Of a stretch of 64,000 bases of DNA, positions 39,199-49,797 are shown piece after piece. The notes below the pieces were generated by a model. That model was not told the DNA's origin. It did no database searches and saw nothing but the letters and a program-made list of their open reading frames with translations. A program made the position numbers and the translations under genes. This DNA is from Longimicrobiales bacterium (GTDB lineage Bacteria > Gemmatimonadota > Gemmatimonadetes > Longimicrobiales > Gaopeijiaceae): the NCBI GenBank assembly GCA_965116905.1, contig OZ220732.1, positions 4,143,121 to 4,207,120 of the forward strand. The letters are read 5' to 3'. Positions within the stretch are counted from its first letter, which is position 1, and each line of letters starts with the position of its first letter.

Positions 39199-39355
39199 AA
39201 TGTTCCTCCGGTATGCGCCGACGCCGGGCCGGGTGTGCGCCAGGTGGCGCCGGGTGGCGCGGAACCCCGATCCGAGCGGTGTGGCGCGTCTGTAGGCGGT
39301 TTGATTTCTGCGGTGAGGCCATCAACATTGGCACCCCACCCTGCCTTGAAGCCAG

Positions 39356-39406
39356 CCGGGACATCGCACTACCCGGGACATCGCATTGCCCGGGACATCG
39401 CAAGCC
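39356..39406 (+). repeat. 3 x 17-bp repeat directly upstream of the S9 peptidase RBS
   Basis: Core CCGGGACATCGCA at 39356, 39373 and 39390. Confidence 0.93.
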
Positions 39407-39421
39407 CGAAGGAGGCCCTCG

Positions 39422-41452
39422 ATGCAAACACCGCGCTCGCTCCTCACCACCTCTCTCCTCTCCGTCGCACTTGTCCTGCCGACCGGAGCATCCGCCCAGC
39501 AGCCCACCGGCCTCCTCGACATGGACACCTACATGGAGATGGAATCGGTCGGCAACCCGCGCATCTCGCCGGACGGGAACCACATCCTGTTCACGCGCGG
39601 CAGCGTGGACAAGATGAACGACCGGAACCAGAGCCACCTCATGCTCATGGACCTGGCCACGCGCCGGATCCGCGAGCTGGAGACCGGGAGCTTCGAGGTG
39701 TCGTCGCCGATCTGGTCGCCCGACGGTACCAGGATCGCCTTCCTGTCCGACAAGGGCGGGACAAACCAGATCCACATGATGTGGCTCGACACGCGCGAGA
39801 CCGTGCAGTTGACCAACGTCGACCGCGCTCCGGGCGGAATCCGGTGGTCGCCCGACGGCACACGGATCTCGTTCACGATGTTCCTGCCCGAGACGGGATC
39901 GCCGCTGCCGATCAAGATGCCGGCCTTCCCGAGGGGTGCGAACCTCGCCAAGCCGGCCGTCGTCGAGGACCGCATGGGCTGGCAGCGCGACGGGCGCGGG
40001 TACACGCGCAGGGGGAACACCCAGATCTTCATCGTCGACGCGGAACTGGGCGGAACGCCCCGCCAGATCACCTCCGGCGAAAACTCGCACAACAACCCGC
40101 GCTGGGCGCCCGACGGCACGAAGCTCTACTTCAGCGCCGACCTGATCCCCGAGGAGGGCTATGAGCGCGGCAACTCGGAAGTGCACGCCATCGACCTCGC
40201 AACCCTGGAGATCACGACGCTGACCCACCGGCTCGGCCCCGACAACGGCCCGGCCCCGTCGCCCGACGGCAGCATGATCGCCTACACCGGCTACGACCAG
40301 AACGAGAACTACAGCAACCTGTCGAACCTGTACCTGATGGATGCCGACGGCCGCAACAGCCGCATGATCGCCGGCAACCTCAAGAACTCGCCCAGCGGCA
40401 TCACCTGGGCGCCCGACGGCTCCGGCCTCTACTTCACGCTCGGCGAAGAGGGCTCGTCGAACCTCCATTTCGTGTCGACCGACGGGCAAATGGAGCAGGT
40501 CACCCACGGCGTCCACTACATCACGGGCGTCTCGATCGCAAAGACCGGGCGGGTCGCGGCCACGAACTCCACCTTCTATCGACCCAACTACCTGATCACC
40601 TTCGACCTGGACGACGCGAGCGAACTCGAGACCCTGGTCGACTACAACGAAGATGTCCTGAGCAACATCAGGCTCGGCGAGGTCGAGGAGATCTGGACCG
40701 AGTCCAGCGACGGCTGGCCGGTGCAGGGCTGGCTCATGAAGCCGGCCAACTTCGAGCCCGGCCAGAAGTACCCGCTGCTGCTGTGGATCCACGGCGGGCC
40801 GGTCGCGATGTACACCGTCCGCTGGAACTGGAATTGGCAGAACTTCGCGGCCGACGGCTACGCGGTCCTGTGGATGAACCCCCGCGGCAGCACCGGATAC
40901 GGCCAGGACTTCATCAACGGCATCAACTACCTCTACCCCGGCAACGACTTCCACGACCTCATGGCCAGCGTGGACGCCGCCATCGACCGCGGCTTCATCG
41001 ACGAGGACAACATGTTCGTCACCGGAAGCAGCGGGGGCGGCGTTCTCACCGCCTGGATCGTCGGCCACACGGATCGTTTCCGCGCCGCCGTGTCCCAGCG
41101 GCCGGTGATCAACTGGCACTCCTTCGTCGGCACCACCGACGGATCGGGCTGGTACCGGCGCTTCCGCTCCTTCCCCTGGGAGGACCCGATGGAGTACGCC
41201 GAGCGCTCTCCCCTCCACTACGTCGGCAACGTGACCACGCCGACCATGCTGCTCTCCGGCGTCGAGGATCTGCGCACCCCGATGCCCCAGGCCGAGGAGT
41301 TCTACCGGGCGCTCAAGGTCCTGGGCCAGGAGACCCTGCACGTCAAGATCCCCGACGAGTATCACGGATCCCGCTCGGTATCACACAGAATCATGACCCA
41401 GCTCTACCTGAAAGCCTGGTTCGACAAGTTCCGGGACAAACCGGTGGCGTAG
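39422..41452 (+). CDS. S9 family peptidase (acylaminoacyl/dipeptidyl peptidase), exported
   Basis: WSPDG propeller repeats, IHGGP, NPRGSTGYG, GSSGGG, DLRTP, EYHG. Confidence 0.94.
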   Translation: MQTPRSLLTTSLLSVALVLPTGASAQQPTGLLDMDTYMEMESVGNPRISPDGNHILFTRGSVDKMNDRNQSHLMLMDLATRRIRELETGSFEVSSPIWSPDGTRIAFLSDKGGTNQIHMMWLDTRETVQLTNVDRAPGGIRWSPDGTRISFTMFLPETGSPLPIKMPAFPRGANLAKPAVVEDRMGWQRDGRGYTRRGNTQIFIVDAELGGTPRQITSGENSHNNPRWAPDGTKLYFSADLIPEEGYERGNSEVHAIDLATLEITTLTHRLGPDNGPAPSPDGSMIAYTGYDQNENYSNLSNLYLMDADGRNSRMIAGNLKNSPSGITWAPDGSGLYFTLGEEGSSNLHFVSTDGQMEQVTHGVHYITGVSIAKTGRVAATNSTFYRPNYLITFDLDDASELETLVDYNEDVLSNIRLGEVEEIWTESSDGWPVQGWLMKPANFEPGQKYPLLLWIHGGPVAMYTVRWNWNWQNFAADGYAVLWMNPRGSTGYGQDFINGINYLYPGNDFHDLMASVDAAIDRGFIDEDNMFVTGSSGGGVLTAWIVGHTDRFRAAVSQRPVINWHSFVGTTDGSGWYRRFRSFPWEDPMEYAERSPLHYVGNVTTPTMLLSGVEDLRTPMPQAEEFYRALKVLGQETLHVKIPDEYHGSRSVSHRIMTQLYLKAWFDKFRDKPVA

Positions 41453-41474
41453 GGTCACAGCGAAAGGAAGCACC

Positions 41475-42002
41475 ATGACATTCCCAACCATGGCCATTGC
41501 AACGCTTGCCCTCCTCGCCGCCGCCTGCGCGCCACAGCCGGAAGCACCCGGGGCCGAAGCCGAGACCGAAGCCGAGCCCGAGACCATGCCCGACCCCGAG
41601 GAGGCCGCGGTCGTGGCCGCCGTCGAACAGCTCTTCGAGGCGATGCGCACCGGCGACAGCGAGATGGCGAGAGCGGTGTTTCACCCCGACGCCCGACTGG
41701 GCCGCGCCGGCGAGGACGGCATCAGCTTCCGGCCCGCCGACGGCTTCATCGAGATGATCGGCCAGCCCCGCGACGAGGTCTACGACGAGCCCGTCTGGGA
41801 CTGGACCGTCCAGATCGACGGCCGCCTCGCCCAGATGTGGACCCGGTACGCGTTCTACCGCGACGAGGAGTTCTCGCATTGCGGCTGGGAAGGCTTCCAG
41901 CTCTACAAGGGAGACACCGGCTGGCAGATCACCCAGCTCATCGACACGATGTACCGTGGCGAGGACTGCTGGTATCCGCCGGGACGCGAGCCTGCGGCGT
42001 GA
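41475..42002 (+). CDS. NTF2-like / lumazine-binding family lipoprotein
   Basis: Lipobox AAAC, LFEAMRTGD, VQIDGRLAQMW..Y.F, SHCG, WQI..LIDT. Confidence 0.8.
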   Translation: MTFPTMAIATLALLAAACAPQPEAPGAEAETEAEPETMPDPEEAAVVAAVEQLFEAMRTGDSEMARAVFHPDARLGRAGEDGISFRPADGFIEMIGQPRDEVYDEPVWDWTVQIDGRLAQMWTRYAFYRDEEFSHCGWEGFQLYKGDTGWQITQLIDTMYRGEDCWYPPGREPAA

Positions 42003-43825
42003 GAAAAGAACTCCCGGCCACCAATCCCGTCCTTTCGGCGGCCGCCGCCGCGCTGGTCGTGTCCGCGTGCGCGGCCCCGTCGGTCGCGCCCACCACCGCA
42101 GAGGTCGAAGCCCTCGCACAGTCGGTCAAGGACGCGATCACCACCGACGCGCTCATGACCTTCTCCGCGGCGATCACGGAACACGTCCGCCCGTCGGGGA
42201 GCCCCGGCGAGAACGCCGCGATCGACACCATCGTGGCCACGCTGGAGGCACACGGCGTTCCCGTCGTTGTGCACGAGCTCGACGCCTACGCCAGCGACCC
42301 CGTGTCGGCCTCCGTAACCATTCCCGGCACCGATTTCGCGCCCGCGGCGATCACCATGTCCTACTCGGCCCCGAGCGCCGGCACCGTCGGCGAGGTCGTC
42401 GACATGGGAACGCTCGCGGATCTGCCGCGGCTCGAGGTCGGCACCGGCGAGCGCCTCGTGATCGAGGGCGAGGAGTTCGGCGCCGAACTAACCGATTTGA
42501 ACGGCAAGGTGGCCATCGTCGACGGCCAGCCGCGCAACGTGCCGACCATCGCGATGGAACGCATGGGCGCGGCGGCGGTCGTCTTCGTCAACCCCGAGGA
42601 GCGCCTCAACGAACTGATCGTGACGTCGACCTGGGGCAGTCCGTCCCTGATGAACCACCACCGGCTGCCGACGATCCCCGTGGCGCAGGTGGCCCGCAGC
42701 GCGGGTGAGGAGTTGCGCGCCCGCATGGCGGCAGGCCGGGTCGAGCTGCGCGTCGAGACCGAGGTTGCGACCGGGTGGAAGCCGATGCGGCTGGCCGTGG
42801 CCACGATCATGCCCGCCGGCGACGAGGACGCGCCGTACGTGGTTCTGGGGGGGCATATCGACGGGTGGCACCACGGCGCGACCGACGAAGCCGCCTCGAA
42901 CGCGGCCATGCTGACGATGGCGCTGGCGTTTCACGAGGTGCGCGACCGGCTTCGCCACGGTCTGGTGGTCGCGTGGTGGCCCGGGCACAGCAACGCGCGC
43001 TACGCGGGGTCGACCTGGTTCGCCGACGAGTTCTTCACGGATCTGCGCACCCGCGGACTCGCCTACATGAACATCGACGGGGTCGGTCAGATCGACGCCA
43101 AACGCTTCGGGGCCTCCGCGTCCGAGGCGTTCGGGCCCTTCGCGGTGCGCGTGGTGTCGGAGACTCAGGGCGAAGCCATCTCACCGACGAGGCCGGGGCG
43201 CAATTCGGACCAGGCGTTCAACGGCGTCGGACTTCCCCTGCTCCAGTTCAACCACACCCGGCTCGCGGAAGACGGCGGCTACTGGTGGTGGCACACAACC
43301 GAGGACACCTTCGACAAGATCGACCCCGAGGTCCTGAAGACCGACACGGACATCTACGCGCACGCGCTGGCCGAGATGCTGGCCGGGGCGGCCTACCCGG
43401 TGAGTCTGGGCGCGCAGGTCGAGGCGCTGGCGGCGGCGACCGCGGCCCGTGACGAGGCGGCCGGTGGGGCCCTGCAGCTGGCAGGGCACCTCGGCGATCG
43501 GATGGAGCGCCTCCACCGGGTCGCCGCCGAACTGGACGAGCGCGCCGCCGCGGGTACGATCGGGCCTCTCGATCAGCTGGCCTTCCTGCGGCCTCTTCAC
43601 CGCGTCATGTACGTCCCCCTGAACAACTACCACCCCGATCCGGGCGTCAGCCTGGGCCCGCTGCCCGGCCTGGCTCCGGCACGGATTCTCGCCGAGGAAG
43701 ACGCTGGCGGCGACCGACGCGGCTTTGCGCTGCCGGTGCTGGTGCGGGAGCGGAATCGCCTGATCGAAGCGGTGGACGAGGCGTTGCTGGTCGGCGGTTC
43801 GATCAGAGGGGAGCGCGCTCGGTAG
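41999..43825 (+). CDS. M28 family peptidase with PA domain, lipoprotein
   Basis: RPSGSPGE, GGHIDGW..GATD, WPGHS, NSDQAF, WWWHTTEDT. GTG start overlaps the upstream stop. Confidence 0.85.
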   Translation: MRKELPATNPVLSAAAAALVVSACAAPSVAPTTAEVEALAQSVKDAITTDALMTFSAAITEHVRPSGSPGENAAIDTIVATLEAHGVPVVVHELDAYASDPVSASVTIPGTDFAPAAITMSYSAPSAGTVGEVVDMGTLADLPRLEVGTGERLVIEGEEFGAELTDLNGKVAIVDGQPRNVPTIAMERMGAAAVVFVNPEERLNELIVTSTWGSPSLMNHHRLPTIPVAQVARSAGEELRARMAAGRVELRVETEVATGWKPMRLAVATIMPAGDEDAPYVVLGGHIDGWHHGATDEAASNAAMLTMALAFHEVRDRLRHGLVVAWWPGHSNARYAGSTWFADEFFTDLRTRGLAYMNIDGVGQIDAKRFGASASEAFGPFAVRVVSETQGEAISPTRPGRNSDQAFNGVGLPLLQFNHTRLAEDGGYWWWHTTEDTFDKIDPEVLKTDTDIYAHALAEMLAGAAYPVSLGAQVEALAAATAARDEAAGGALQLAGHLGDRMERLHRVAAELDERAAAGTIGPLDQLAFLRPLHRVMYVPLNNYHPDPGVSLGPLPGLAPARILAEEDAGGDRRGFALPVLVRERNRLIEAVDEALLVGGSIRGERAR

Positions 43826-43947
43826 CCACGCGGGTCCCGCCCGACGGGATCACCCCGGCCCACCCGGTTGACCCGCACAGTTGCCCCGTCTCGGCTCGGG
43901 CACACTATTGGTGCAGGTGCAGTCACACACACGAACGCATTGCCGCA

Positions 43948-45912
43948 ATGCCGCGAACGAGATCGAAGACGAAGCTCTCCAGGCTCCTCTCCAGGCTCCT
44001 TCCCCGTTTGCTCCCGGCCCTCGTCCTGGCAGCATCCGCCGGCGCCTGTACGTCGGCCGATGCTCCATCCCACGGAACCGGCGACTGGCCCGCGTACGGA
44101 CGCGACGCGGGCGGCACCAGGTTCTCGCCGCTCGACCGGATCACTACGGAAAACGTCGGCGCCCTCGAGGTCGCGTGGCAGTGGGAGACGGACGAGGTGC
44201 CCATCGCGGGTCCGGTCGCTCCGATTCGGGGTCAGCAGGTGCGGCCCGGCAACTTCGAGACGACCCCGGTCGCCTACAACGACACGCTCTACTTCACGAC
44301 TCCGTACAACCGCGTGATCGCGCTGGACGGCAGCACCGGCGAGACGATCTGGGACTACGACCCCCGCACCGTCGAGTGGGGGCAGCCCCCGAACGGGACG
44401 GGCTTCGTGCACCGCGGGGTCGCGGTGTGGAACGGGCGCGCGGGACGCCGCGTTTTCCTCAACACGCGCTGGCGGCTGATCGCGCTGGACGGAGCCACCG
44501 GCGAGCCTGTCGAGTCCTTCGGGCACCGGGGCGAGATCGACCTTACCGAGAATCTCCTCTGGCGCACGAACCGGCTCCATTACACGCAGACGTCGCCGCC
44601 GGTCGTCTTCGAGGACCTGCTGATCATCGGCAACGGCGTCTGGGACGGCTTCGTCTACCCGCGCGACCCGCCCGGCAACATTCAGGCGTTCGACGTTCAC
44701 ACCGGCGAGCTGATCTGGTCCTTCAACCTGATTCCGCAGCCCGGCGAAGCGGGGAACGAGACCTGGGAGGACGGCAGCTGGGACTACACGGGTCATACCA
44801 ACGCCTGGGCGCCGATGGTAGTGGACGAGGAGCGGGGGCTGCTCTTCGCCGGGATCGGGACGCCGTCCAACGACTACTACGGCGGCCACCGGAAGGGCGA
44901 CAACCTCTACGCGGAGGCGCTGGTCGCGCTCGACGCCCGCAGCGGCACGCTGGCGTGGCACTACCAGACGGTGCACCACGGGCTGTGGGACTTCGACCTT
45001 CCCGGCGCGCCGGTACTCTTGACGATCGAGCCGGACGGCGCGCCGCTCGACGCGGTGGCGGTGGCCGGCAAGACCGGCTTCGTGTACACCTTCGACCGCG
45101 ATACCGGTGAACCCGTCTGGCCCATCGAGGAGCGCCCCGTGCCGGCGAGCGACGTGCCCGGCGAGGTCGCCGCCGCCACGCAACCCTTCCCTACCCGTCC
45201 GCCCCCGTTCGCCCGGCAGGGATTCACGCGCGACGACCTGATCGACCTCACCCCCGAGTTGCGCAGCCAGGCGGAAGCCCTGACCGCGGGATACCGGTTC
45301 GGCCCCCTCTTCGAACCGCCGTCCCTGGAGGGCACGATCACGATGCCGGGCATTCTCGGGGGCGGAAACTGGGGCGGCGCGGCCTTCGATCCCGGCACGG
45401 GCGTCCTCTTCGTCAAGTCGTCGGAAGACCCGAGCCTGCTGACGATCGGGCCGGCCGATCCCGAGACCACGGTCGCCGACTACGCCATCGACCGGGGCGC
45501 GCCCCGCACCCTGCGGATCGGCAACGTCCCCATCACCAACCCGCCGTGGGGCACGCTGACCGCCATCGACATGAACGCCGGCGAGATCCTCTGGCAGGAG
45601 GCAGTGGGCGAGCGGCCCGAGGTACGGAGCGACCCGGCGCTGGCGGGGGTGGCGTTGCCGGCGCGGCTCGGCGTTGTCGGTCCGCCCGGCCCCTTTGCGA
45701 CGGCCGGCGGGCTCGTGTTCCTCACCGGAGGATCGGACGTGCTGTACGCGTTCGACGCAGCCGGCGGCGAGGTGCTGTGGGAGGGCCGGCTGCCGGCACG
45801 TGGCTACGCGAACCCGATGACCTTCCGTACGCGGCAGGGGCGTCAACTCGTGGTGATCGCGACCGGTGGCCCCGAGGGCGGCACGCTGATCGCGTTCGGT
45901 CTGCCGGAGTAG
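43948..45912 (+). CDS. PQQ-dependent dehydrogenase (glucose/quinate type)
   Basis: DWPAYGRD..GTRFSPL..I, FETTP, HRGVA, QTVHHGLWDFD, GGGNWGG, PPWG.L.AID, ANPMTF. Confidence 0.92.
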   Translation: MPRTRSKTKLSRLLSRLLPRLLPALVLAASAGACTSADAPSHGTGDWPAYGRDAGGTRFSPLDRITTENVGALEVAWQWETDEVPIAGPVAPIRGQQVRPGNFETTPVAYNDTLYFTTPYNRVIALDGSTGETIWDYDPRTVEWGQPPNGTGFVHRGVAVWNGRAGRRVFLNTRWRLIALDGATGEPVESFGHRGEIDLTENLLWRTNRLHYTQTSPPVVFEDLLIIGNGVWDGFVYPRDPPGNIQAFDVHTGELIWSFNLIPQPGEAGNETWEDGSWDYTGHTNAWAPMVVDEERGLLFAGIGTPSNDYYGGHRKGDNLYAEALVALDARSGTLAWHYQTVHHGLWDFDLPGAPVLLTIEPDGAPLDAVAVAGKTGFVYTFDRDTGEPVWPIEERPVPASDVPGEVAAATQPFPTRPPPFARQGFTRDDLIDLTPELRSQAEALTAGYRFGPLFEPPSLEGTITMPGILGGGNWGGAAFDPGTGVLFVKSSEDPSLLTIGPADPETTVADYAIDRGAPRTLRIGNVPITNPPWGTLTAIDMNAGEILWQEAVGERPEVRSDPALAGVALPARLGVVGPPGPFATAGGLVFLTGGSDVLYAFDAAGGEVLWEGRLPARGYANPMTFRTRQGRQLVVIATGGPEGGTLIAFGLPE

Positions 45913-45918
45913 CGCGCG

Positions 45919-47160
45919 ATGGTCGGGGTCAGGCACCGCACGAAGGCCGGGTTCGCGGCGGGAGCGCGGCTGGCGGCCTGTGGACTGCTCGCCCTGACCG
46001 TCCCGGGCTGCGGGGGCGACACGGCGGTCTCCGCGCCGGATGTCGCCACGGTCGATATCGAGCCCGCGGAGATGCTGCTGGTCGGCGTGGGCGACGGCGC
46101 GAGCTTCACCGCGACCGCGCGCGACGCCGACGGCTTCTTCGTCGCGGCCACCGCCGAGTGGTCGATCGACAGGCCCGCGGTCGCGACCATGTCGGAGGCC
46201 GGCTTCGCCTCGGCGATCTCCGCCGGCACCGCGACCGTCACCGCCACGATCGGCGGGGTGAGCGCCACGGCCCGGCTCGAGGTCTACGTTCCCGCGAGGA
46301 TCGGTCACTACACGGTCGGCCAGAGCTACTACGGCCGCCGGGACTACGTGGAGTACATACCGGGCACCCTGCCCGTGATCCTGTCATCGTCGCACGGCGG
46401 CGCCATGACGCCGACCGAGATCCCCGACCGGAGCTACGGTGTCGTTCGCAATGACCTGAACTCGCTCGAGCTGACCGTGGCCATGCGCCAGGCGCTGATC
46501 GACCTGACGGGCCAGGCTCCGCACGTCATTTACTCCCACCTGCACCGCAGCAAGCTCGACGCCAACCGCGAGATCGTCGAGGCGGCCCAGGACAACCCGT
46601 ATGCCGAGCAGGCGTGGGAGGAGTTCCACGACTGGATCATGGTCGCACGGACCGCCGTCGCCGCGGACTACGGCAAGGGCATGTACTTCGATATTCATGG
46701 TCACGGCCACGACATCGAGCGCCTCGAACTCGGCTACCTCCTGACCTCGGAGGAACTGAACCGGCCCGACATCGCCCTCAACTCGCTCGCGGTGGTCGCC
46801 GAGACGAGCATCCGGGATCTGGGCCGCACCTCTCCGATCCCGTTTTCGCAGCTGCTGCGCGGACCGAAGTCGCTGGGGGGTCTTTTCGCGGAGGAGGACA
46901 TCCCGTCGGTGCCCAGTCCCACCGACCCCGGGCCCGGCGATGCCCCGTATTTCCGCGGGGGATACAACACGCGCGAGTACGGCTCGTTCCAGGACGCCGA
47001 AGTGGTCAGCGGCATTCAGATCGAGCATCACTACCGCGGCGTGCGCGACACCCCCGACAACCGGTTCGTCTACGCGGCCAGGGCCGCAGGGGTCATCCGG
47101 GATTTCATGCTCGAGCACTACGGGTTCTTCGAGACGGGAGGCGTGGCGCCGGCACGGTGA
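45919..47160 (+). CDS. Lipoprotein: Ig-like domain plus N-formylglutamate amidohydrolase-like domain
   Basis: Lipobox VPGC and a Big_2-like segment, then SSSHGG, LHRSKLDANR, DIHGHGH, GGYNT, IQIE. Confidence 0.8.
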   Translation: MVGVRHRTKAGFAAGARLAACGLLALTVPGCGGDTAVSAPDVATVDIEPAEMLLVGVGDGASFTATARDADGFFVAATAEWSIDRPAVATMSEAGFASAISAGTATVTATIGGVSATARLEVYVPARIGHYTVGQSYYGRRDYVEYIPGTLPVILSSSHGGAMTPTEIPDRSYGVVRNDLNSLELTVAMRQALIDLTGQAPHVIYSHLHRSKLDANREIVEAAQDNPYAEQAWEEFHDWIMVARTAVAADYGKGMYFDIHGHGHDIERLELGYLLTSEELNRPDIALNSLAVVAETSIRDLGRTSPIPFSQLLRGPKSLGGLFAEEDIPSVPSPTDPGPGDAPYFRGGYNTREYGSFQDAEVVSGIQIEHHYRGVRDTPDNRFVYAARAAGVIRDFMLEHYGFFETGGVAPAR

Positions 47161-47232
47161 CGCGGCAACCTTTCCCGGTCCATGGTGTCCTACTTAACAG
47201 AGCCCGTGCCCCAGGTACCAAAGGTCCGACCG

Positions 47233-49119
47233 ATGCGATCCTTGATAGCCGCCGCCCGAAAACCGTACGCCGCAGTCGTCACCGCACTCGCGTTGGGGCT
47301 CGTACCGCCTGCCGCCCATGCGCAGACGGGCGGCATCGTGGGACAGGTCACTGAAGCGAGCACCGGACAGCCGCTCTCGGGTGCCCGGGTGGCGGTGGAG
47401 GGAACCGGGCATCTGACCCTGACCAACGATGCCGGACGTTACATGCTGGAGGGTGTGCCCGCCGGCGAGCGAACCGTGACGGTCGAATTGTTCAGCTACG
47501 CGCCCCAGCGAATGCAGGTGACGGTCTCAGCGGGCCAGACGACCGTGCTCAACCTCGTGCTGAGGCCGCAAGCGGTGGAGCTGGACGAACTCAGAATCAG
47601 GACGGGACAGCCCCGGGCCGAGGCGCTGGAGCGCGCGCGGACCGACCCGTCGGTGGTGGCCGTCCAGTTCGCCAGGGCTCTGGACTTCAACACGGAATCG
47701 TACGCGCACATCGAGGAAAACGACTTCCGCCTCGTCAGCGCGTCTCCGCTGTCCACCTTCTCGATCGATGTCGACCGTGCGTCCTACGCGAACATCCGCC
47801 GCTTCATCCAGGCCGGCGACCGGCCGCCGATCGACGCGGTGCGCATCGAGGAGATGATCAACTACTTCCCCTACGACTGGGGCAACGTGACGGGTGATCA
47901 TCCCTTCTCGGTAACCACCGAGGTGTGGGAGGCCCCCTGGAAGCGCGACCACCGGCTGGTCCGCATCGGTCTGCACGCCGAGTCGATCGACACCGCGGAC
48001 CTGCCGCCCGGCAACCTCGTTTTCCTGCTCGACGTCTCCGGCTCGATGACGCCGCCGGACAAGCTGCCGCTGCTCAAGAAGGCGTTCGGGCTGCTGGTGG
48101 ATCAGCTGCGGCCGGTGGACCGGGTCGCGATCGTGGTGTATGCGGGCGCGGCGGGACTCGTTCTGCCGTCGACCCCCGGCGATCGGAAGGGCGAGATCCT
48201 GGCAGCGCTGGACGATCTGCAGGCAGGCGGCAGCACCGCGGGTGGGGCCGGGCTCAGGCTGGCATACGACGTGGCGCGCAAGCACCACATCGACGGTGGG
48301 AACAACAGGGTGATACTCGCGACGGACGGCGACTTCAACGTCGGCGCGTCGAGCGACGCCGAGATGGTACGCCTGATCGAGACGGAGCGTGAGAGCGGCA
48401 CCTTCCTCACGGTTCTCGGGTTCGGCACGGGCAATCTCAAGGACTCGAAGATGGAGCAGATCGCCGACCACGGGAACGGCAACTTCCACTATGTGGACGG
48501 GCTGCTCGAGGCCCGCAAGGTGCTTGTGGAGGAGATGGGAGGGACGCTACTGACCCTCGCGAAGGACGTGAAGCTCCAGATCGAGTTCAACCCGGCCCGG
48601 GCGGCCGGGTACCGGCTGATCGGCTACGAGAATCGCCTGCTTGCCGACGAGGATTTCAACGACGATACAAAGGACGCGGGCGAACTGGGGGCCGGGCACA
48701 CGGTCACGGCGCTCTACGAGGTCGTGCCCGCGGGGGTCGAGGTGCCGCGGGGCGATGTCGATGCCCTGCGATACCAGCCGCAGCCCGACGACCCGCCGCT
48801 ATCCGATTTCGACGACGAACTGATGTACGTGAAGGTGCGCTACAAGGACCCCGACGGCACGCTGAGCAAGCTCCTGCAGCAGGCGGTGGCCGACCGGCCG
48901 CGGTCGCCTTCGACGGACTTCCGGTTCGCGGCGGCGGTGGCGGGCTTCGGCATGCTGCTGCGCAATTCGGAGCACGCGGGCGACCTTGACCTGGACGACG
49001 TGGTGACGCTGGCCGAGAAGGGCAAGGGCGACGATCCGCGTGGCTACCGGGGCGAGTTCATCCGGCTCGTGGAGGCGGCTCGCGATCTGAGATTGCTGAA
49101 GCCTACCACACCCGGCTGA
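47233..49119 (+). CDS. VWA domain protein (YfbK-like) with N-terminal carboxypeptidase-regulatory-like domain
   Basis: Signal peptide, GQVTEASTGQPL.GA, PLSTFSIDVD.ASY, DVSGSM MIDAS, ATDGDFNVG, YRLIGYENR. Confidence 0.9.
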   Translation: MRSLIAAARKPYAAVVTALALGLVPPAAHAQTGGIVGQVTEASTGQPLSGARVAVEGTGHLTLTNDAGRYMLEGVPAGERTVTVELFSYAPQRMQVTVSAGQTTVLNLVLRPQAVELDELRIRTGQPRAEALERARTDPSVVAVQFARALDFNTESYAHIEENDFRLVSASPLSTFSIDVDRASYANIRRFIQAGDRPPIDAVRIEEMINYFPYDWGNVTGDHPFSVTTEVWEAPWKRDHRLVRIGLHAESIDTADLPPGNLVFLLDVSGSMTPPDKLPLLKKAFGLLVDQLRPVDRVAIVVYAGAAGLVLPSTPGDRKGEILAALDDLQAGGSTAGGAGLRLAYDVARKHHIDGGNNRVILATDGDFNVGASSDAEMVRLIETERESGTFLTVLGFGTGNLKDSKMEQIADHGNGNFHYVDGLLEARKVLVEEMGGTLLTLAKDVKLQIEFNPARAAGYRLIGYENRLLADEDFNDDTKDAGELGAGHTVTALYEVVPAGVEVPRGDVDALRYQPQPDDPPLSDFDDELMYVKVRYKDPDGTLSKLLQQAVADRPRSPSTDFRFAAAVAGFGMLLRNSEHAGDLDLDDVVTLAEKGKGDDPRGYRGEFIRLVEAARDLRLLKPTTPG

Positions 49120-49489
49120 CGCCGTACCGGTCGAACACTTCGTCCCGCGAGACCAGCACCAGTCCGTGCGAGGCCGCCTGGGCCATCAGCATCCTGTCAA
49201 ACGGGTCTCGATGGGGACCCGGCAGGCGCCCGGCCAGGGACGCGTCCTGCACGCCGATCGGCAGCTCCCGGAACCCCTGGCCGACAATGGCCCCGGCCAT
49301 GTCGAAGGCCGCCTCTTCGGGCAGCGGCAACTTCCCGAGCCGGTATTTGGTGGCGAGCTCCCAGGCAGTGGCGGCACTCACGAAGATTTCGTGCGCCTCG
49401 TCGGCGATGAGCCGGTACGCCCTGGTCGAAAGTCTGTCGCTGTCGGCGATCCACCACACGAACGCATGCGAATCCAGGAGGAGCCGCAA
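49103..49489 (-). CDS. vapC: PIN-domain toxin (VapC family)
   Basis: LLLDSHAFVW, VSAATAWE, HRDPFDRML.AQA, LVSRD. Confidence 0.93.
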   Translation of the reverse strand: MRLLLDSHAFVWWIADSDRLSTRAYRLIADEAHEIFVSAATAWELATKYRLGKLPLPEEAAFDMAGAIVGQGFRELPIGVQDASLAGRLPGPHRDPFDRMLMAQAASHGLVLVSRDEVFDRYGVSRVW

Positions 49490-49490
49490 G

Positions 49491-49724
49491 CTATTCTCCC
49501 TCCCACGCTTTCAGTTCCTTCTCCGGGAGCGGATCGAAGAAGTTGTCGGGAATGACGACCTTGCCCTTCAGTATGTCGGGTTGCCGCTTGACGCGCGGAT
49601 TGTAGGACACGAGACGCGCAACCGGCCTGCCTCGACGGGCGATGATGACCTCATCGCCAGCCTCAACCTGAGCCAGCAGCCGCGAGAGGTTGGTCTTCGC
49701 TTTGTGGACGTTGACGGTCGGCAT
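49491..49724 (-). CDS. Phd/YefM family antitoxin
   Basis: VNVHKAKTNLSRLL..VEAGDEVIIARRGRPVARL, FFDPLP. Confidence 0.93.
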   Translation of the reverse strand: MPTVNVHKAKTNLSRLLAQVEAGDEVIIARRGRPVARLVSYNPRVKRQPDILKGKVVIPDNFFDPLPEKELKAWEGE

Positions 49725-49751
49725 GCGGTATGTCCGGGTGGGAAGTACATA

Positions 49752-49773
49752 TCTAGCTAGAAATCTAGCTAAC
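49752..49773. promoter_or_regulatory. Putative antitoxin operator
   Basis: Perfect palindrome TCTAGCTAGA (49752-49761) and a second copy TCTAGCTAAC (49764-49773). Confidence 0.6.
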
Positions 49774-49797
49774 TTGACCGCTCAGTCAATCCTGCGG

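Noticed and set aside
39328..39345. Sigma-54-like TTGGCAC...TGC promoter
   Set aside because: The GG-to-GC spacing is 11 nt rather than the strictly required 10.
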